Source: Marsupella aquatica
Taxonomy: Eukaryota > Plantae > Marchantiophyta
NCBI GenBank assembly: GCA_973895155.1
Contig: OZ316894.1
Location: forward strand, 4,364,944-4,428,943
DNA length: 64,000 bases
Direction of reading: 5' to 3'
The position numbers were made by a program, and so were the translations under genes. Positions 51,484 through 64,000 of the stretch are shown here, in pieces (position 1 is the first letter of the stretch; the number at the start of each line of letters is the position of its first letter). The notes under the pieces are model-generated. The model was not told where the DNA came from. It worked only from the letters and a program-made list of their open reading frames with translations, and made no database searches.

Positions 51484-52545
51484 CAACCAAGCAATTTATC
51501 ACAATCTACTTCAGGTCAGTTTGTATATTACTCTTTGAATGTTGTTGTTTTTCTACTCGAAGTTGTTTGTAGAACAAATAAGACAAGGAGTTATCCACTA
51601 TCATCCTTAACAACGTTGAATAGGAGGTAGAAAACAGTCAATGGAGGCTTCAAATAACCAAACATTTCAAGAAATCTAAGAGTATCTGGATAAATTTTAT
51701 TGTTTCAACCAGAATATTTAAAGCTTTTGACTTTATGACTCTCAAAATCTCTAGTACAGAACAATGAAGGACGGAATTGGAATAATATTCCTCAAGCCTT
51801 CATTTGATGTATCTTTGTGAGAAACCGTAAAAGAGGATCTGATCATTATTTAGGAGGGAATAGTTCAATCGTATAATGGCACTCTTGCCCATTATTAGAT
51901 CCACCCAAAATGATGACCTTGAGTCAAAAGACAAGATGATCTCTAATTAAGGAAAATAAGAGTTTGGACTCTAGAGTAAATGTCCTTCATCCTTTATATT
52001 ATGCTAAAATTATGGACAGGTGTCAATTTATTCTCAAATTCAGTTCATTTGGACTGGTTTTCAATCCTTGACTTACAGATTTAGGTTTTTGGCGAAACAC
52101 CGTTCCGTGCAACACATCCACCCTTATATAGACTATTGTTCACTAGTTGAAATCACGTTAAGCATGACCTGAGTATGTTTTTTGTAGAACATTGTTCCGT
52201 GAATTGGATTCTCGATGCTTTGATGACCCATAATAATATAATCCATTTATTCCATTAAGATAATCCATTTAATTTACTTTTGGGGAAACGGTGTTCCGTC
52301 ATCAAAAAGTTTCTATGGATGATCCATAAGTTAGTATGATACATCACTAGTTGAGTACAAGATAATTATTCAATACTTAGCTTAGATATGACAGATTGCC
52401 GTTTGGAGGAAGACCATTATGGAATATGATTAACTAAGAATGTTTATGTTCGAGTATTTGTTTATGTTTAGTAATTATGTAAATAAGTTTATATCATTTT
52501 CCAATACATTTATGCAAATAATAATAGTCTTATATCTTAATTCAG

Positions 52546-55500
52546 GGTGGTTTCTTCAAAACATTGGATTGTGGTCGGAGAAGGGGTTGGACTGTGCATT
52601 GGAGCTTTGCTGGTTGCCAAAGGCGTAATTATCAGTGTTGATCCTTTGAGGACAGTTGAGAAGTTTGTTCTAGGGTCCAATCAAGTTCTTGTAAAGATTA
52701 TCAAGGTTTTACCTAAAGACAATTCAGATTGTCAGATGGTATTCCATGAAGGGTCGTATGTGCCTTGGGATAAATCTCAGCTACTACCTTTAGCATCAAG
52801 TGGTGGCCAAGTGAAGGAAGTGATCAAGTGCGTAGACGACAGCGATGATGATAATGGTCGAGCACAAGGTGGAGGAAACCTTGAAGACATTATAATTCAA
52901 AAGTGTAACTGGAAGGAATTGACAGTGAAGGTCCTTGATGAGGAGAATATCAATTTCTCAATAGCAATGGTTAGCACAATTAATCCAGAAGCAGTGCTAC
53001 AAGGGACTCTGCTTGGTGACTCACACGTTGGAATCCTCATTATGGAATTTGTTGATGGTGCTAGGAGGGACCATTTGAGGTACAAAGACTGTCTTGTTCC
53101 CTGGCCAATCATAAGGTTAATTGCTCCTGGTGGGAGAAGTCTAGAGTACCATTTTTTGAAGCAAGGGTTAGATCTGAAAGACGCTTTGAGTCAAAAGAGA
53201 TCCTATGTTACTAAAGTGAGATCCCAAAAAAAGCTTCGAATAGATGTCTCAAAAAGGGAGAAAGCACTTTCTGTGGAAGATATACTACACATTAGTACAA
53301 ACAATTGTTGTAAGAGAAACTGTTGTCAATATTTTGATCGTGATTTGGCACTCATAATTAGGGAGAGATATTTTAGGAAGACATTTCAACAACGGAAGGA
53401 GGAAGAAATACTTGCTATCCAAAATGCGCTCCACACTTCTGAAGGTGAAAGGTTATTGGGAATTGAAGGAGTCCCAATTTGTTTGGAGGCATGGAAGGTC
53501 TTGCATGGAAAGAAGAAGACCCAGTTTGATATTATGAAGAAACATGTGAAGATGGGCTTGAAGATCTCCGAGCATGGAAACCAAGGGAAGCAATGGATGT
53601 CAGAGAGAGTTTCTCAATCTTTGATGTCTATGAAAATGATCATTGATGAAAGCGCAGACAATCATTTAGCGAAGCTCAGAACATTGGATGATAACACTCG
53701 TGTTGGTCTGCGGGAGTTGCCAACAAGCCTTACATGGGAGAATATGAGGGATAAAGTCAATGATATTAACATTAAACTTTGCCTTGGTCTCATTTCTCAA
53801 CCGACAATGAGCTTTCTTCACCAAAAGTACTTCAAAGAAGTTTTGATTCACAAGAAGGGAAATAACTTTTCAAAATGCAATACTTGCAGTGAGTTGCAAC
53901 AACGGAGAGCCCGTCTTTCCGGAGGAAAGGAGGAGTTAGAGATTTTTAGACAGGATGAGAAGGCACATCATGAAGATCACACTCAAGGGAGGCTCTTATA
54001 TCATGCTTGGAGGTCGCACTCAATTGCCCATCCAAAGGAGTCAATATGCATAATTCATGATAAAATGGATCATTGTAAGACAGCCCTCCCCAAAATGCCA
54101 TGGTTTCCAAAAGATTGTGATGGCGCGATACGATTCCCAATCACTGTCACTGGAATTTTGACACATGGTCATGGCCCAAAAGCTGTAGCCCAGTATAATC
54201 TTGCTTGTTGAGCACCAGATTCAAATGCAAGTATTGGCTCAATCGACTCTATCCTTAGGATGCTGGAAAATCCGGAACCCATGATGAATTCTCTTTTGGA
54301 GGGACATGACTCAACAAATGTCTTCAACAATCTTTTATGGGGAAGAAAAGATGTTCTTGAAGAAGATGTACGTAAAGCATTTATGGAGGACACAAGTTTT
54401 ATTGCTGATCAAGGTGCCTATTTTCCACAAAATAAGTTGATTTGAACAATTAATTATGTGTTTAATTTTATGTTTTGCGATATTTTGGAATGAATGCTAC
54501 TTTTGGTTCTTTCACAGGTTCTGAAATGGTGCCATTTTTTAATATGCAGCAAAGTCCTGATCAAGGCCAAAACATGATTGCTTTAGACCTCTCCCACGGA
54601 CGCTGAAACTACAACTTGACAATGCTCCTAGTGATAACAAGAACAAATTTGTTATGGGATATTTATCACTCTTAACAGCAAGGAAGGTTTTTGAGGAGAT
54701 TCAGCTTGGCTTCCTTATGGTAGGACACACTCATGAAGATGTTGATGCAATGTTTGGGAATTTCTCCGAATCTTTAATGCATAATCCAACTTGGACATTG
54801 CCTGATCTGATGAGCTTGTTCATGAAAGCAAGAACGCCTAGTCCCGTTCCACATTTTGTACAAGAGGTACCAGACTTCAAAGGATATGTTGAGCCTTTTC
54901 TATTAAGGGGTCCAGATACATTGGTGGGGCATGGAAAACCCCGTCTATTCCGATTCTATGTTCGAGATGATGGGATGCCAAGTTTTAAGTACAAGTTGAA
55001 GTCAAACGATGATGTGCCTTGGCTACCCAATGAAGGTATTGAAATGTGGTCGTGGGGACAAGATGGATGTCCAAACCTTCCAAATGGAATACCAAAGAGA
55101 CTACCGATGACAGAGATTAGCATGTTGGCTGATGTGCGTCAAGGGATAAAAAAGCATTTGAAGTTCTTTCAATTGATTGGGGACAGAAGTGAGACAGAAG
55201 AATTAAAAGAGTCGTGGGATGATCTCATTCAATATTGGAAGACTGTTCTAGCCACATTAGAAACAGAGGTTGTGCAATATCGACTTGAAGATGGGGAAGA
55301 CTTAAAGGCCGAATTTTGGCCAAGAACAAAGTGGAGGGACAATGTTCCCATCACTTTTTGCAATGTTGCATGTGAGTTGGATGAAAGGGAAGAATTTGTT
55401 GGACCTGTGAAGAATAGGCCTCGTGAAGCCTTTCAGCCAAGAGTAGATATTGTGAAGGGTCATTTTATCTTGCAACGACCAGCAATAGAGGATGAACATA

Positions 55501-55856
55501 ATTACCTGGTTCATTTGGGAAGAGTGGTGAGTGACGTGGAAGAAGGAGACCTCAATGTTGAGAACAAGCTTGAACATGTGTGTTTAGTTGAGTGGTTTCG
55601 GCCACATATGGGCAAGAGTGAAGTTGGAAAAAGAGAAAGATGGAAACATTGTTGGATTAAGAAATGGGATCGTGACAACCAAGGATATCCCGAGCCACAA
55701 AGAATAAGTGTCAACAGTATATTATGGTGCTACAAGGCACGAAACACCAACTTGACTACTTTGGTTTCAATCCCAAAAGCAGTTGTCGTTACAGCACAAG
55801 ACAATCTTGATAGATGTATTGATGTAGACAAGGCTAGTATGGGTGGCCAAGTATGA
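52546..55856 (+). pseudogene. Sola-like (DUF7869-type) DDD transposase
   Basis: CCKRNCC, ICLEAW, FSKCNTC..HH, IIHDKMD, LQLDNAPSDNKN (~54605-54645) and FLMVGHTHEDVDAMF. In-frame TGA at 54209, intron ~54413-54517, frameshift ~54590. The first exon is probably further upstream. Confidence 0.8.
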
Positions 55857-56465
55857 TGACCCAGTTTAAGTAGTAGTCATGATTACTTAGTGTACCTTGC
55901 AACTCTGAGGCAAGGGAGTATTACATAGGGCCCTGGCCCATTTTGCCATTCAAGAAAGACTCCAATCATGACTTAAGAGTGACTTTTTTGAATGATTTAT
56001 AATTATGTGTTTTAGTAGACACAAGTGACTGAAATTTGAAGTTTGTCAACTTCAATCATGAAATATGGAATTAATTTACATGTTAAGTGCTTCTTAATAT
56101 CAATATTAATATAAACAATTACTCATTAAAGATAATACTTGTATGAATACTATTTGTTAGCACATTTAGTCCAATATTTCAAATCAGTAAATGAGTGTAC
56201 TACTCTTTCCCTTTCTCACAAGTTCAGATTTCTAATATGGAATAAGGATGTCTGATGGTCTTCAATGACAATCATGGTAAAAGGTGTGGTTGTGAGATGT
56301 TCTTATTATTTATATTTCAGAATGTAAATCATGAAATATAGATTTCTCAATGTCTAGGTGGAGTCTTGACTAAAGAATGGTTAGCAAACCACTTCTAAGT
56401 CATAATTAGTGAATATTTTATTAACTATATTTAGGGAATACTGGAATTTAATGAATACCCTGGTT

Positions 56466-56482
56466 TTACTCAAATAGGTGTT
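56466..56482 (-). repeat. Right TIR of the giant element
   Basis: ttactcaaataggtgtt, followed by TSD tcat. Confidence 0.8.
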
Positions 56483-57076
56483 TCATCTATAATTGTGGAA
56501 CATTTCCTGAAAGGCTGAAACTCAAGTACTGTAGCTCACTTCTGGAGTGGAGAGCTTTGGTTCTAAATGGTTGAAAATCTTCTGGTAAAATATGTTTGCT
56601 AGAATCTTCTAGAGCAAACCACAGAATATCTTAGCTTGTATCACTTGCAAATAGTATAAGCAAAACAATCAAGTTTGGTGATGCAAAGTGCTCAATAGAG
56701 GTCACAAAATAATCCTGGGCTGAAAAGAAGATGATGTCCCGCTTCCTTGGGCACTAAGAGTTGAGAAGTATTGGTACCCACTAAGTTAGCCAGGTTTGAA
56801 ACGCAGGAAAACAGAAAAAATAGCTAGGGCCGTCTTATCATGAATTCTCTGTCCAAACAACATAGTGGGAGGAGTTGTAAAAGTGGTAAAGAGAGCCTAA
56901 CAGGGGTCACTGGATTTGTCAGCATGCAGCTCTATACAACTTTGTATCAGCTCCCCCCAAAAGGACTAAAGCAGCATATAAGTCAGATAATTATTTGCCA
57001 AATATTGAGAATGCTACAAGCATTGCTAGCTTATGACAGCCCAAAATGCGCCATATATAGCCACCGCGGGTATAAA

Positions 57077-58666
57077 TGTTGAGCATAGACGACATTTGTA
57101 ATGGCAAGCCCATGAACCATCCAACGCACAATAGTCAACATAGAGAGATATGTGGTTCACCTCCACATGAGACTACGTCCACGGGTACACACAAGTCAGA
57201 GCTTTACTGCACTCTAGGCCGACCGGCCATACCAAGCATCCACATCGCAAGCTCTCCCTATCTCTCAACTAGCTCCGTAACAATGAGCCTAAGTTCCACT
57301 AGGGTCTGGCATCAGCCCTGGGTTAATACACAACAGCACTACCGCTAATATTAGCTAAGTCCTAACCCGAGTTAGACTAAGTTCTGTGATTAGTTCATGA
57401 GTCACAAGACTAGAGCAATATCTAACAAACTCTCCCTTGACTCTTGTCTTGGGGACTAGACTAAATGCTACCATATGAAATCCTCAGTGGGAAGTTCTAG
57501 ACAATCACCTAAACAGGTCTCCCCCTAAAAACCACAAGGGTTAACTAAGGGTTAACTAGAACTAAGCCGTACCCAAACTGGAATGAGTAATCCATATACA
57601 AATAGTCACACATTACTAAATAACTCTACTTGCACTACAATTGCAAAACCTGCAAAGTAGCACGGTGTCTTGAGAAACTCTCCAAAGGAATCACTTTGGT
57701 AAAGGCATCAGCGGGATTGAGCTTTCCATCAATCTTGACTAGCTCAAAAGTTTTATCAAACACTGCTTGCCTGATAAAATGGTACCTGATATCAATGTTC
57801 TTCACCCTGCTATCCATCACCTGGTTAGCAGCCAAGTGAAGAGCACTCTGACTATCACAATTAGAGACATTTTGCCATGCTCTAAACCCATCTCCGCCAT
57901 CAACTTGTCCAACCAAATTGCTTTCTTTGCTGCTTCTGCTGCTGCAACATACTTTGCTTTTATAGTAGACTGAGATATACACTTCTGTAAGGTAAATTTC
58001 CAATTGATACATCCTCCTCCAAGAGTAAAAACAAACCCAGTTGTAGACCTCCTTGTATCCAGACAGCCTCCATAGTCAAAATCTACATAGCCAACTAACA
58101 TTCTATCTGATCTATTATCAAATAGTAATCAATAGTCATGTGTTCACATACCTGAGAATCCATTTCACAGCTTCCCAATGTACCTTCCTTGGATTTGACA
58201 TGAATGTGCTAACCTTGCCCATTGCTAGGACCAAGTTAGGCCTAGTACAAGTCATCAAATACATCAGACTGCTTACTGCCTTTTCATAAGGAATCTTAGC
58301 CATCAGACCTTTCTCCACAGCATCCGTAGGAGAGAAAGCCGATGATAACTTGAAATGTGAAGCTAAAGGAATACTCACTGGCATACAGTTTTCCATGTTG
58401 AATCGTGCAAGTACTTTCCTCGCATACTGGCCTTGACTCACGCACAACTGTCCAGAATCAGAGTTTCTAAAAATCTCCATCCCTAAGATCCTCTTGGCCT
58501 TACCAAGATCCTTCATCCTAAATTCAAAACTCAATTTTGCCTTGAGTTTGTCAACCTCAGATTGATCTTTAGCCACAATAAGCATGTCATCCACATAGAT
58601 AACCATAATGATGAAACCAAACACATCATTCTTGACTAATTTTGTATACGCACAATGATCATACAT
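57077..58666 (-). mobile_element. Truncated Ty1/copia retrotransposon (RT C-half, RNase H, PPT, 3' LTR 57077-57427)
   Basis: IYVDDML, MKDLG, TRPNL, RRSTTGFVF, IDIRYHFIR and NPADAFTK, with frameshifts. PPT caagggagag abuts the LTR, which reads TGTTAGA...TCAACA. Confidence 0.9.
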
Positions 58667-58843
58667 AGAGATAAAACCACTTTTACAACAGATTGGGGTA
58701 CTTATGCTTTTAATGTAATGCCGTTTGGATTGTGTAACGCTCCTGGAACATTCGAAAGGATTATGATGATCATATTCCAAGAGTATCTTCATAGATTTCT
58801 AGAAATATTTATAGATGATTTTTGTGTTTTCTCCTCTGCCGAA

Positions 58844-61679
58844 TTTCAACCTATGGGGTTTACGGAGGGGATTGTGGATCCAAAAGCCTGTCAGAAAATT
58901 GAAATAGAACCTGGCAAATTCCTTAACATAAGTAAACACATTCAAGGAGATTTGAGGGAAAAATACATAGATCTACTGAGGCAATACCGAGACGTGTTTG
59001 CCTGGAGCCACAAGGACATCAAGGGAATTCATCCTTATTTGGGACAACACCGAATTGATCTTCTTGAAGGATCGATACCAATCCGGCAAAGACAGTATCG
59101 ACTCAACCCTAAGTACTCCATTATGGTTAAAGAAGAGATAGATAAGCTAACTGAAGCATGATTTATTTTTCCAGTACTCAGCAGCGAATGGGTATCCCCC
59201 ATTGTCATTGTTCCCAAGAAGTCTGGACCTGATGGCAAGGTCAAGATCCGTGTGTGTCAAGATTATCGCAAGCTCAATGCGGTTACCAAGAAAGATCACT
59301 ACCCTCTACCATTTATTGACCTCGTTTTGGACATAGTAGCCGGTCATGCTCTATTCAGTTTCCTTGATGGGTATTCAGGATACAACCAAGTTTCCCGTCA
59401 GGGAGGAAGACAGAGATAAAACCACTTTTATAACAGATTGGGGTACTTATGCTTTTAATGTAATGCCGTTTGGATTGTGTAACGCTCCTGGAACATTCCA
59501 AAGGATTATGATGATCATATTCCAAGAGTATCTTCATAGATTTTTAGAAATATTTATAGATGATTTTTGTGTTTTCTCCTCTGCCGAATCTCATCTTGCA
59601 AAGCTAAGACTTACTTTTCAGAAGTGTAGAGAGGCTCAACTTTGTTTACACCCAGATAAGTGTTTCATTGGGATGCAAGAGGGAATTCTTCTAGGACATG
59701 TAATTTCCCAACAGGGAATCGCAGTGGATGCAGAGAAGGTGAGAGTTATTGAAAATCTGAAGCTGCCCACTAACCTTAGAGAGCTTCGAGGTTTCTTGGG
59801 TTATGTAGGTTACTACCGGAGGTTCATCCGCCTTTATGCAGATCTGGCCATGCCCTTAACACAACTGCTAAAGAAAGATGTGGAATACCAATGGACAAAG
59901 GAGAGACAACACGCCTTCGAGAAACTCAAGAGTAAACTTACTTCCGCACCTATCTTAATTCCACCTGATTGGAATAAAGATTTTCATGTATACATTGATG
60001 CGTCAGCATTTTGTATAAGAGCGGTCCTAAGCCAACAAGATGACCATAAGAAGGACCATCCTATTTATTATGCCAGCCGACAAATAAATGCGGCAGAGAA
60101 GAACTATTCAGTAACTAAACGAGAAGCCTTGGGAGTGATTTTTTCTTGCACAAAATTCAGGCATTATCTCCTGGGGTATAAAACTATCTTCCACACCGAC
60201 CACTCTTCTCTTAAGTACTTAGTGAACCAACCAGATTTATCCGGACGAATTGCTTGTTGGGTATTGTTGTTACAAGAATTTGATTTTGAGGTGGTAGTTA
60301 GACCGTGCCAACATCATGAAAATGCAGATTATTTATCTAGACTCCCCGGTCCAGAAAGTGCCACTCCCTTAACAGATGTATTTCCGGATGAGCACCTATG
60401 GCATATAGAAGGATCTGAATCCTTATACTTTGATATAGTCCAAGCCTTGCTCACGGGAACACTTCCTAAGAATCTCAGCCTTGAGCAACAAGCTGTTTTT
60501 ATCCACAAGATTTCCCCTTACACTTTGCAAAATGGGATCTTGTATAAACTCACCCCTGACCAGAAATTGAAACGATGTCTAGAAACCAAATAAATCTCTT
60601 GAGTTATTTCAGCTATGCACACCGAAGAAGCTGGAGGGCATTATGCAGTGAATGTGATTGTCAAGAAGATTCAAGCGGCCGGATACTGGTGGCCGACTAT
60701 GCATAGGGACACCTATCAGTATATCAAAGCTTGTGATCCTTGCCAAAGGTATGGCAGACCATCTTCCTCTTCTCATTGGCCACTAACCCCCATTCTACCA
60801 TTGGCACCTTTTGAAAAATGGGGAATTGACTTCATAGGCCCTATCCAACCTGCTGCCGCTCGGACACGGGCTCGATACATTATCTTAGCAACCGACTATG
60901 CCACAAAATGGGTTGAAGCTCGAGCGACTAAGAAAAATGATGCAGCAACAGCTGCCAAGTTTCTATTTGAAGACATCATCACCCGGTTTGGATGCCCATT
61001 GGAATTGGTCAGCGATTGAGGTTTGCATTTTCTTAACCAAACTATTCAACATATCACTGACTTATATTTAATCAAGCACAGGAAAACAACTCCCTATAAT
61101 CCCAAAGCAAATGGATTAACGGAGAGGGAAAATGGGCTAATGGGGCGAATCTTAACCAAGATTGTGTCCGCACACAAAACTGACTGGGACCAAAAACTCC
61201 ATTTTGCCTTGTGGGCATATCGGACAGCAGAGAAGATCACAACTAAACACACACCTTTTTACTTGGTATATGGCTTAGCAAGTATTGTGCCCATCGAGTT
61301 TGATCTTCCTACCCACCGAATTAGTTCCATTAATAGATTAAACATCGAAACCAGTCAAGATCTCAGGCTTGCTGCTTTGGAAAAATTGGAAGAGGATAGA
61401 TACCTTGCCTTAACCGAAACAAATAAACAACAGCAAATGAGAACTGTTCGTTACAATCGGAAGATGAAGAAAGTCGATATAGAATTAGGGAATTATATCT
61501 TATTATATGATAATCGACACATGGTTTTCCCGGGGAAGTTGCATACTCGGTGGTTAGGACCATACTTGGTGAAAGAAGTCTTTCCCAATGGATCACTGCA
61601 ATTAACAGATTTAGAGGGTGAAGATTTACCTACTAGGGTAAATGGCTCTAGGGTCAAGAAATATCACATGCCACCTTAA
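58844..61679 (+). pseudogene. pol: Ty3/gypsy pol (RT, RNase H, integrase)
   Basis: MPFGLCNAP, FIDDF, YIDAS, TDHSSL, H..H..CDPC, WGIDFIGP, YNPKANG and WLGPY. Stops at 59159, 60591 and 61017; frameshift ~59345. Confidence 0.95.
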
Positions 61680-62589
61680 TGAGGTTTGCGAGGGCGCTGC
61701 ACCAGTTGAGGAGGGGGCTATGTGAGATAAGGATGTTTATAAAAGAAGGGTTAACTAACCATAAATTTTAGAATTTTTACGTTTAAGATCTTAAATAATG
61801 CTGAAGAGGGACCTAAAGACTACTTTGAAGTGTTATGAGACTTTCAAGCTGATCTAAGGTCAACCCGGATTGATATTAGAGAAGGAGGATCAACCCGGAA
61901 CTTTTTGTTATAAGCCTTGAATGAGATATAAAGCTTATACCGAGACTCAACTCAACAACAACTGTCCATTGCCAAAGTTTTTAAAACCATAAGTCAAACA
62001 CAGGCACGACCACAGCAGAATCCGGATATAAGGAAGGAGAGTCGATCCGGCCTCTCACACCTCTCAAAGCCGAACTTAGTAGGTTTTGAGCTCCCGAGTG
62101 CATTAGGCTGTTTAAGCAGTAGAGTGAGGAGGCTCTACCCTTTTGGTAGAGGATCTTGGGTCCGGATTATAGGACCAATCTTGCATTGCATGATGAGAGC
62201 CTGGATATGAGGGTACTGACTGATTCGTTGTGAGGGGAATGCCTACTCCACCGCTGGAAGTGAAGGCAGGAAGTTTGAGATCCTGATCGTGGATACATCG
62301 GTTGTGAGAAGGGAGGTCAGGTCGACCCGAACATCACCATTGCAGGCCCGATTGAGTCCAGATTTTCCCCACGTTAGATGACCCTGCATTGTGGTTGATG
62401 AAATCTTGATGCAATTCTTCCAAAACAATTTTCAGTTGATCAGAAACACTGCGGCCAGGTCGACCCGGACATTTCTACCAGTGGTCGACACCGAAGCGAT
62501 TGAATATTCTGAAGTTGCAGAATTGTAGAGCTTGTCGTAGAGGAGGCAGAACATTTACCAGAAATCAATTTTCTGCTTCCAGAAATTCT

Positions 62590-64000
62590 ATGGAGCAAGG
62601 GGCGGATCCAGTCGGAATGTCCACTTCTCGCGTCTCTAAGGGGCATTCAACCTCAACATCACCTGCACCTACTCCAGTTAAAGCCCCTGTGAGACGATCG
62701 AAGAGAAAGGAGGTCCCTATTGCCATAAAAATTCTGAGGCCAGCTATTCCGGATAGTGAAGCTGAGAAGGTTAAACTGAGGGAGTCTTTGCTCAGGATGG
62801 GCTGTGAGTCTCTGATGGAGCTACCTTGGAGTTATCAGAGCGAAGATATGATCAGAGAGATCCGATCTAAGGAGTATCCGGCTGAGTTTAAGGATACCTC
62901 CAGAGGCCGACCTGAGCGATGGACTCAGATGATGATTGCAGGAGCTTTTGTATTGGAAGATGAAGGAGAAGGTCCAGTGGGGAGGGCTGTCAATCTAATC
63001 CTTCCTTACTTCAAAGGAGCCATCAACAGTAAGGACGGGTTCAATGTTTCTAAGTGTTTGGATCCTGATCTGAGACGAGTCTTCAGCTTTCTGCTACCCC
63101 TGCTGTACCCTGAGAAGCCAAGAAGAGTTACTGTTGGAGTTGGCTCTACCATTGTTGTTGCTTACAAGGGAGAAAGAAAAGTCAACTGGGCTAAGCTTAT
63201 CTTTGATTTGATAAGGAAGTTGGTACAGAACCTGTCCAACAAGAGTCCTACTCCCTCTCCTACTACCTGGTACATCTATATAGCTTTGAAGGAGTTTTGT
63301 TCAGAGAGGAGAAGAAATTACTATTGGCCAAGTACAACTTCATCAAGTATGGAGAGACAGATCCAGATATCACCCAGGCCACCTCTGATGACAGTGAGGA
63401 TGAGGAGCCAGCAGAGACAAATCCTCGAAAGACCCGGTCTGCTGCCCGGAACCTCGACCCGGACTTTTCCGACCAGGCCTTCGTCGACCCGGCTGAATTT
63501 CCGGATGCACCCGGCCATGCCTCCCTAGACATCCTAGCTGATTTCCAGATCATCTCAGACACATTCCAGAAGGTGAAGAGGAAGACCACTGTGATGGAGA
63601 AGACCACTGTGATGGAGAAGGCCATCACTGACATTTCTCAGAAGTTAGGAGTGAAACCAGGGCAGATTCTTGAGGAGATCTCCACCATGAGTGATGCCAC
63701 AGATAAGAGGAAGTTAGAGAAGGAGAATGAGTTCCTCAAGAAGAAGGTATCTGAACTCAAACAACAGTTGGAAAGGAGTAAGAAGAAGAATGAGCTTGAG
63801 CATACTCTCCAACTCAGTATCACTCAATCTTTGGATCTGATTGAGCCTTTGACTAAGATAGCTTCTCTGGATCTTCTTAAGGCCCAAATTTATGATGAGT
63901 ATTTGGCCAAGAACACCACACCCATCCTTTTCTCCAAGATTAACCATTTAGTGGTAGATGTGAGTACCAAGGTGGATGATGCACTTACAAGCCTCTCAAA
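62590..64000 (+). pseudogene. Accessory ORF of the gypsy element (unknown function, coiled-coil C-terminus); frameshift ~63255; runs off the window
   Basis: Long coding-like frame (LLPLLYPEKP, KVNWAKLI) continuing in a shifted frame into an E/K-rich coil; no gag or pol motifs. Confidence 0.55.

Larger units (their letters stand above)
16255..56482 (+). mobile_element. Giant Sola-like (DUF7869-type) DNA transposon with cargo; ~20 kb native plus the 20.2-kb nested CACTA block
   Basis: AACACCTATTTGAGTAA (16255-16271) is the exact reverse complement of 56466-56482, with weaker similarity extending ~80 bp inward. TCAT flanks both ends (16251-16254, 56483-56486). The transposase sits near the right end, and the same palindrome occurs in both halves. 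Confidence 0.8.
58667..64000 (+). mobile_element. 5'-truncated Ty3/gypsy retrotransposon
   Basis: Domain order RT-RNase H-integrase; purine tract gaggaggggg at 61708-61717 followed by TG at 61721; extra ORF downstream. Confidence 0.85.

Noticed and set aside
58136-59161. ORFs 58136-58792 (-) and 58655-59161 (+) as genuine genes
   Set aside because: Both are chimeric read-throughs across the copia/gypsy junction.

Overview
Repeat-dense eukaryotic DNA with spliceosomal introns, most likely from a land plant (a liverwort-like origin is inference only). No ordinary host gene is evident; the window is a nest of transposons. (1) A ~40.2-kb DNA transposon (16255-56482) is bounded by a perfect 17-bp TIR and a 4-bp TCAT TSD. 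It encodes a Sola-like (DUF7869-type) DDD transposase on + and, divergently on -, a cargo cluster: F-box; a large multi-exon ParB/Srx-like + degenerate DNA-MTase-like + charged + Ulp1 protease gene; and an FCP1-like phosphatase exon. A 19-bp palindrome is dispersed through its non-coding DNA. (2) A diverged paralogous cargo cluster occupies 1-4582 and has a different palindrome. (3) There are three CACTA/EnSpm elements: ~5790-14457; 29592-49818 (TSD TTT); and 34276-44609 (TSD AAA, nested in the previous one). Each carries a SET-domain exon between the transposase-associated-domain exon and the Transposase_21 exons, plus a divergently transcribed TnpA-like ORF. (4) Decayed Ty1/copia and Ty3/gypsy elements fill the right end. 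Most ORFs carry in-frame stops or frameshifts. All domain calls come from motif recognition by eye, not database searches.
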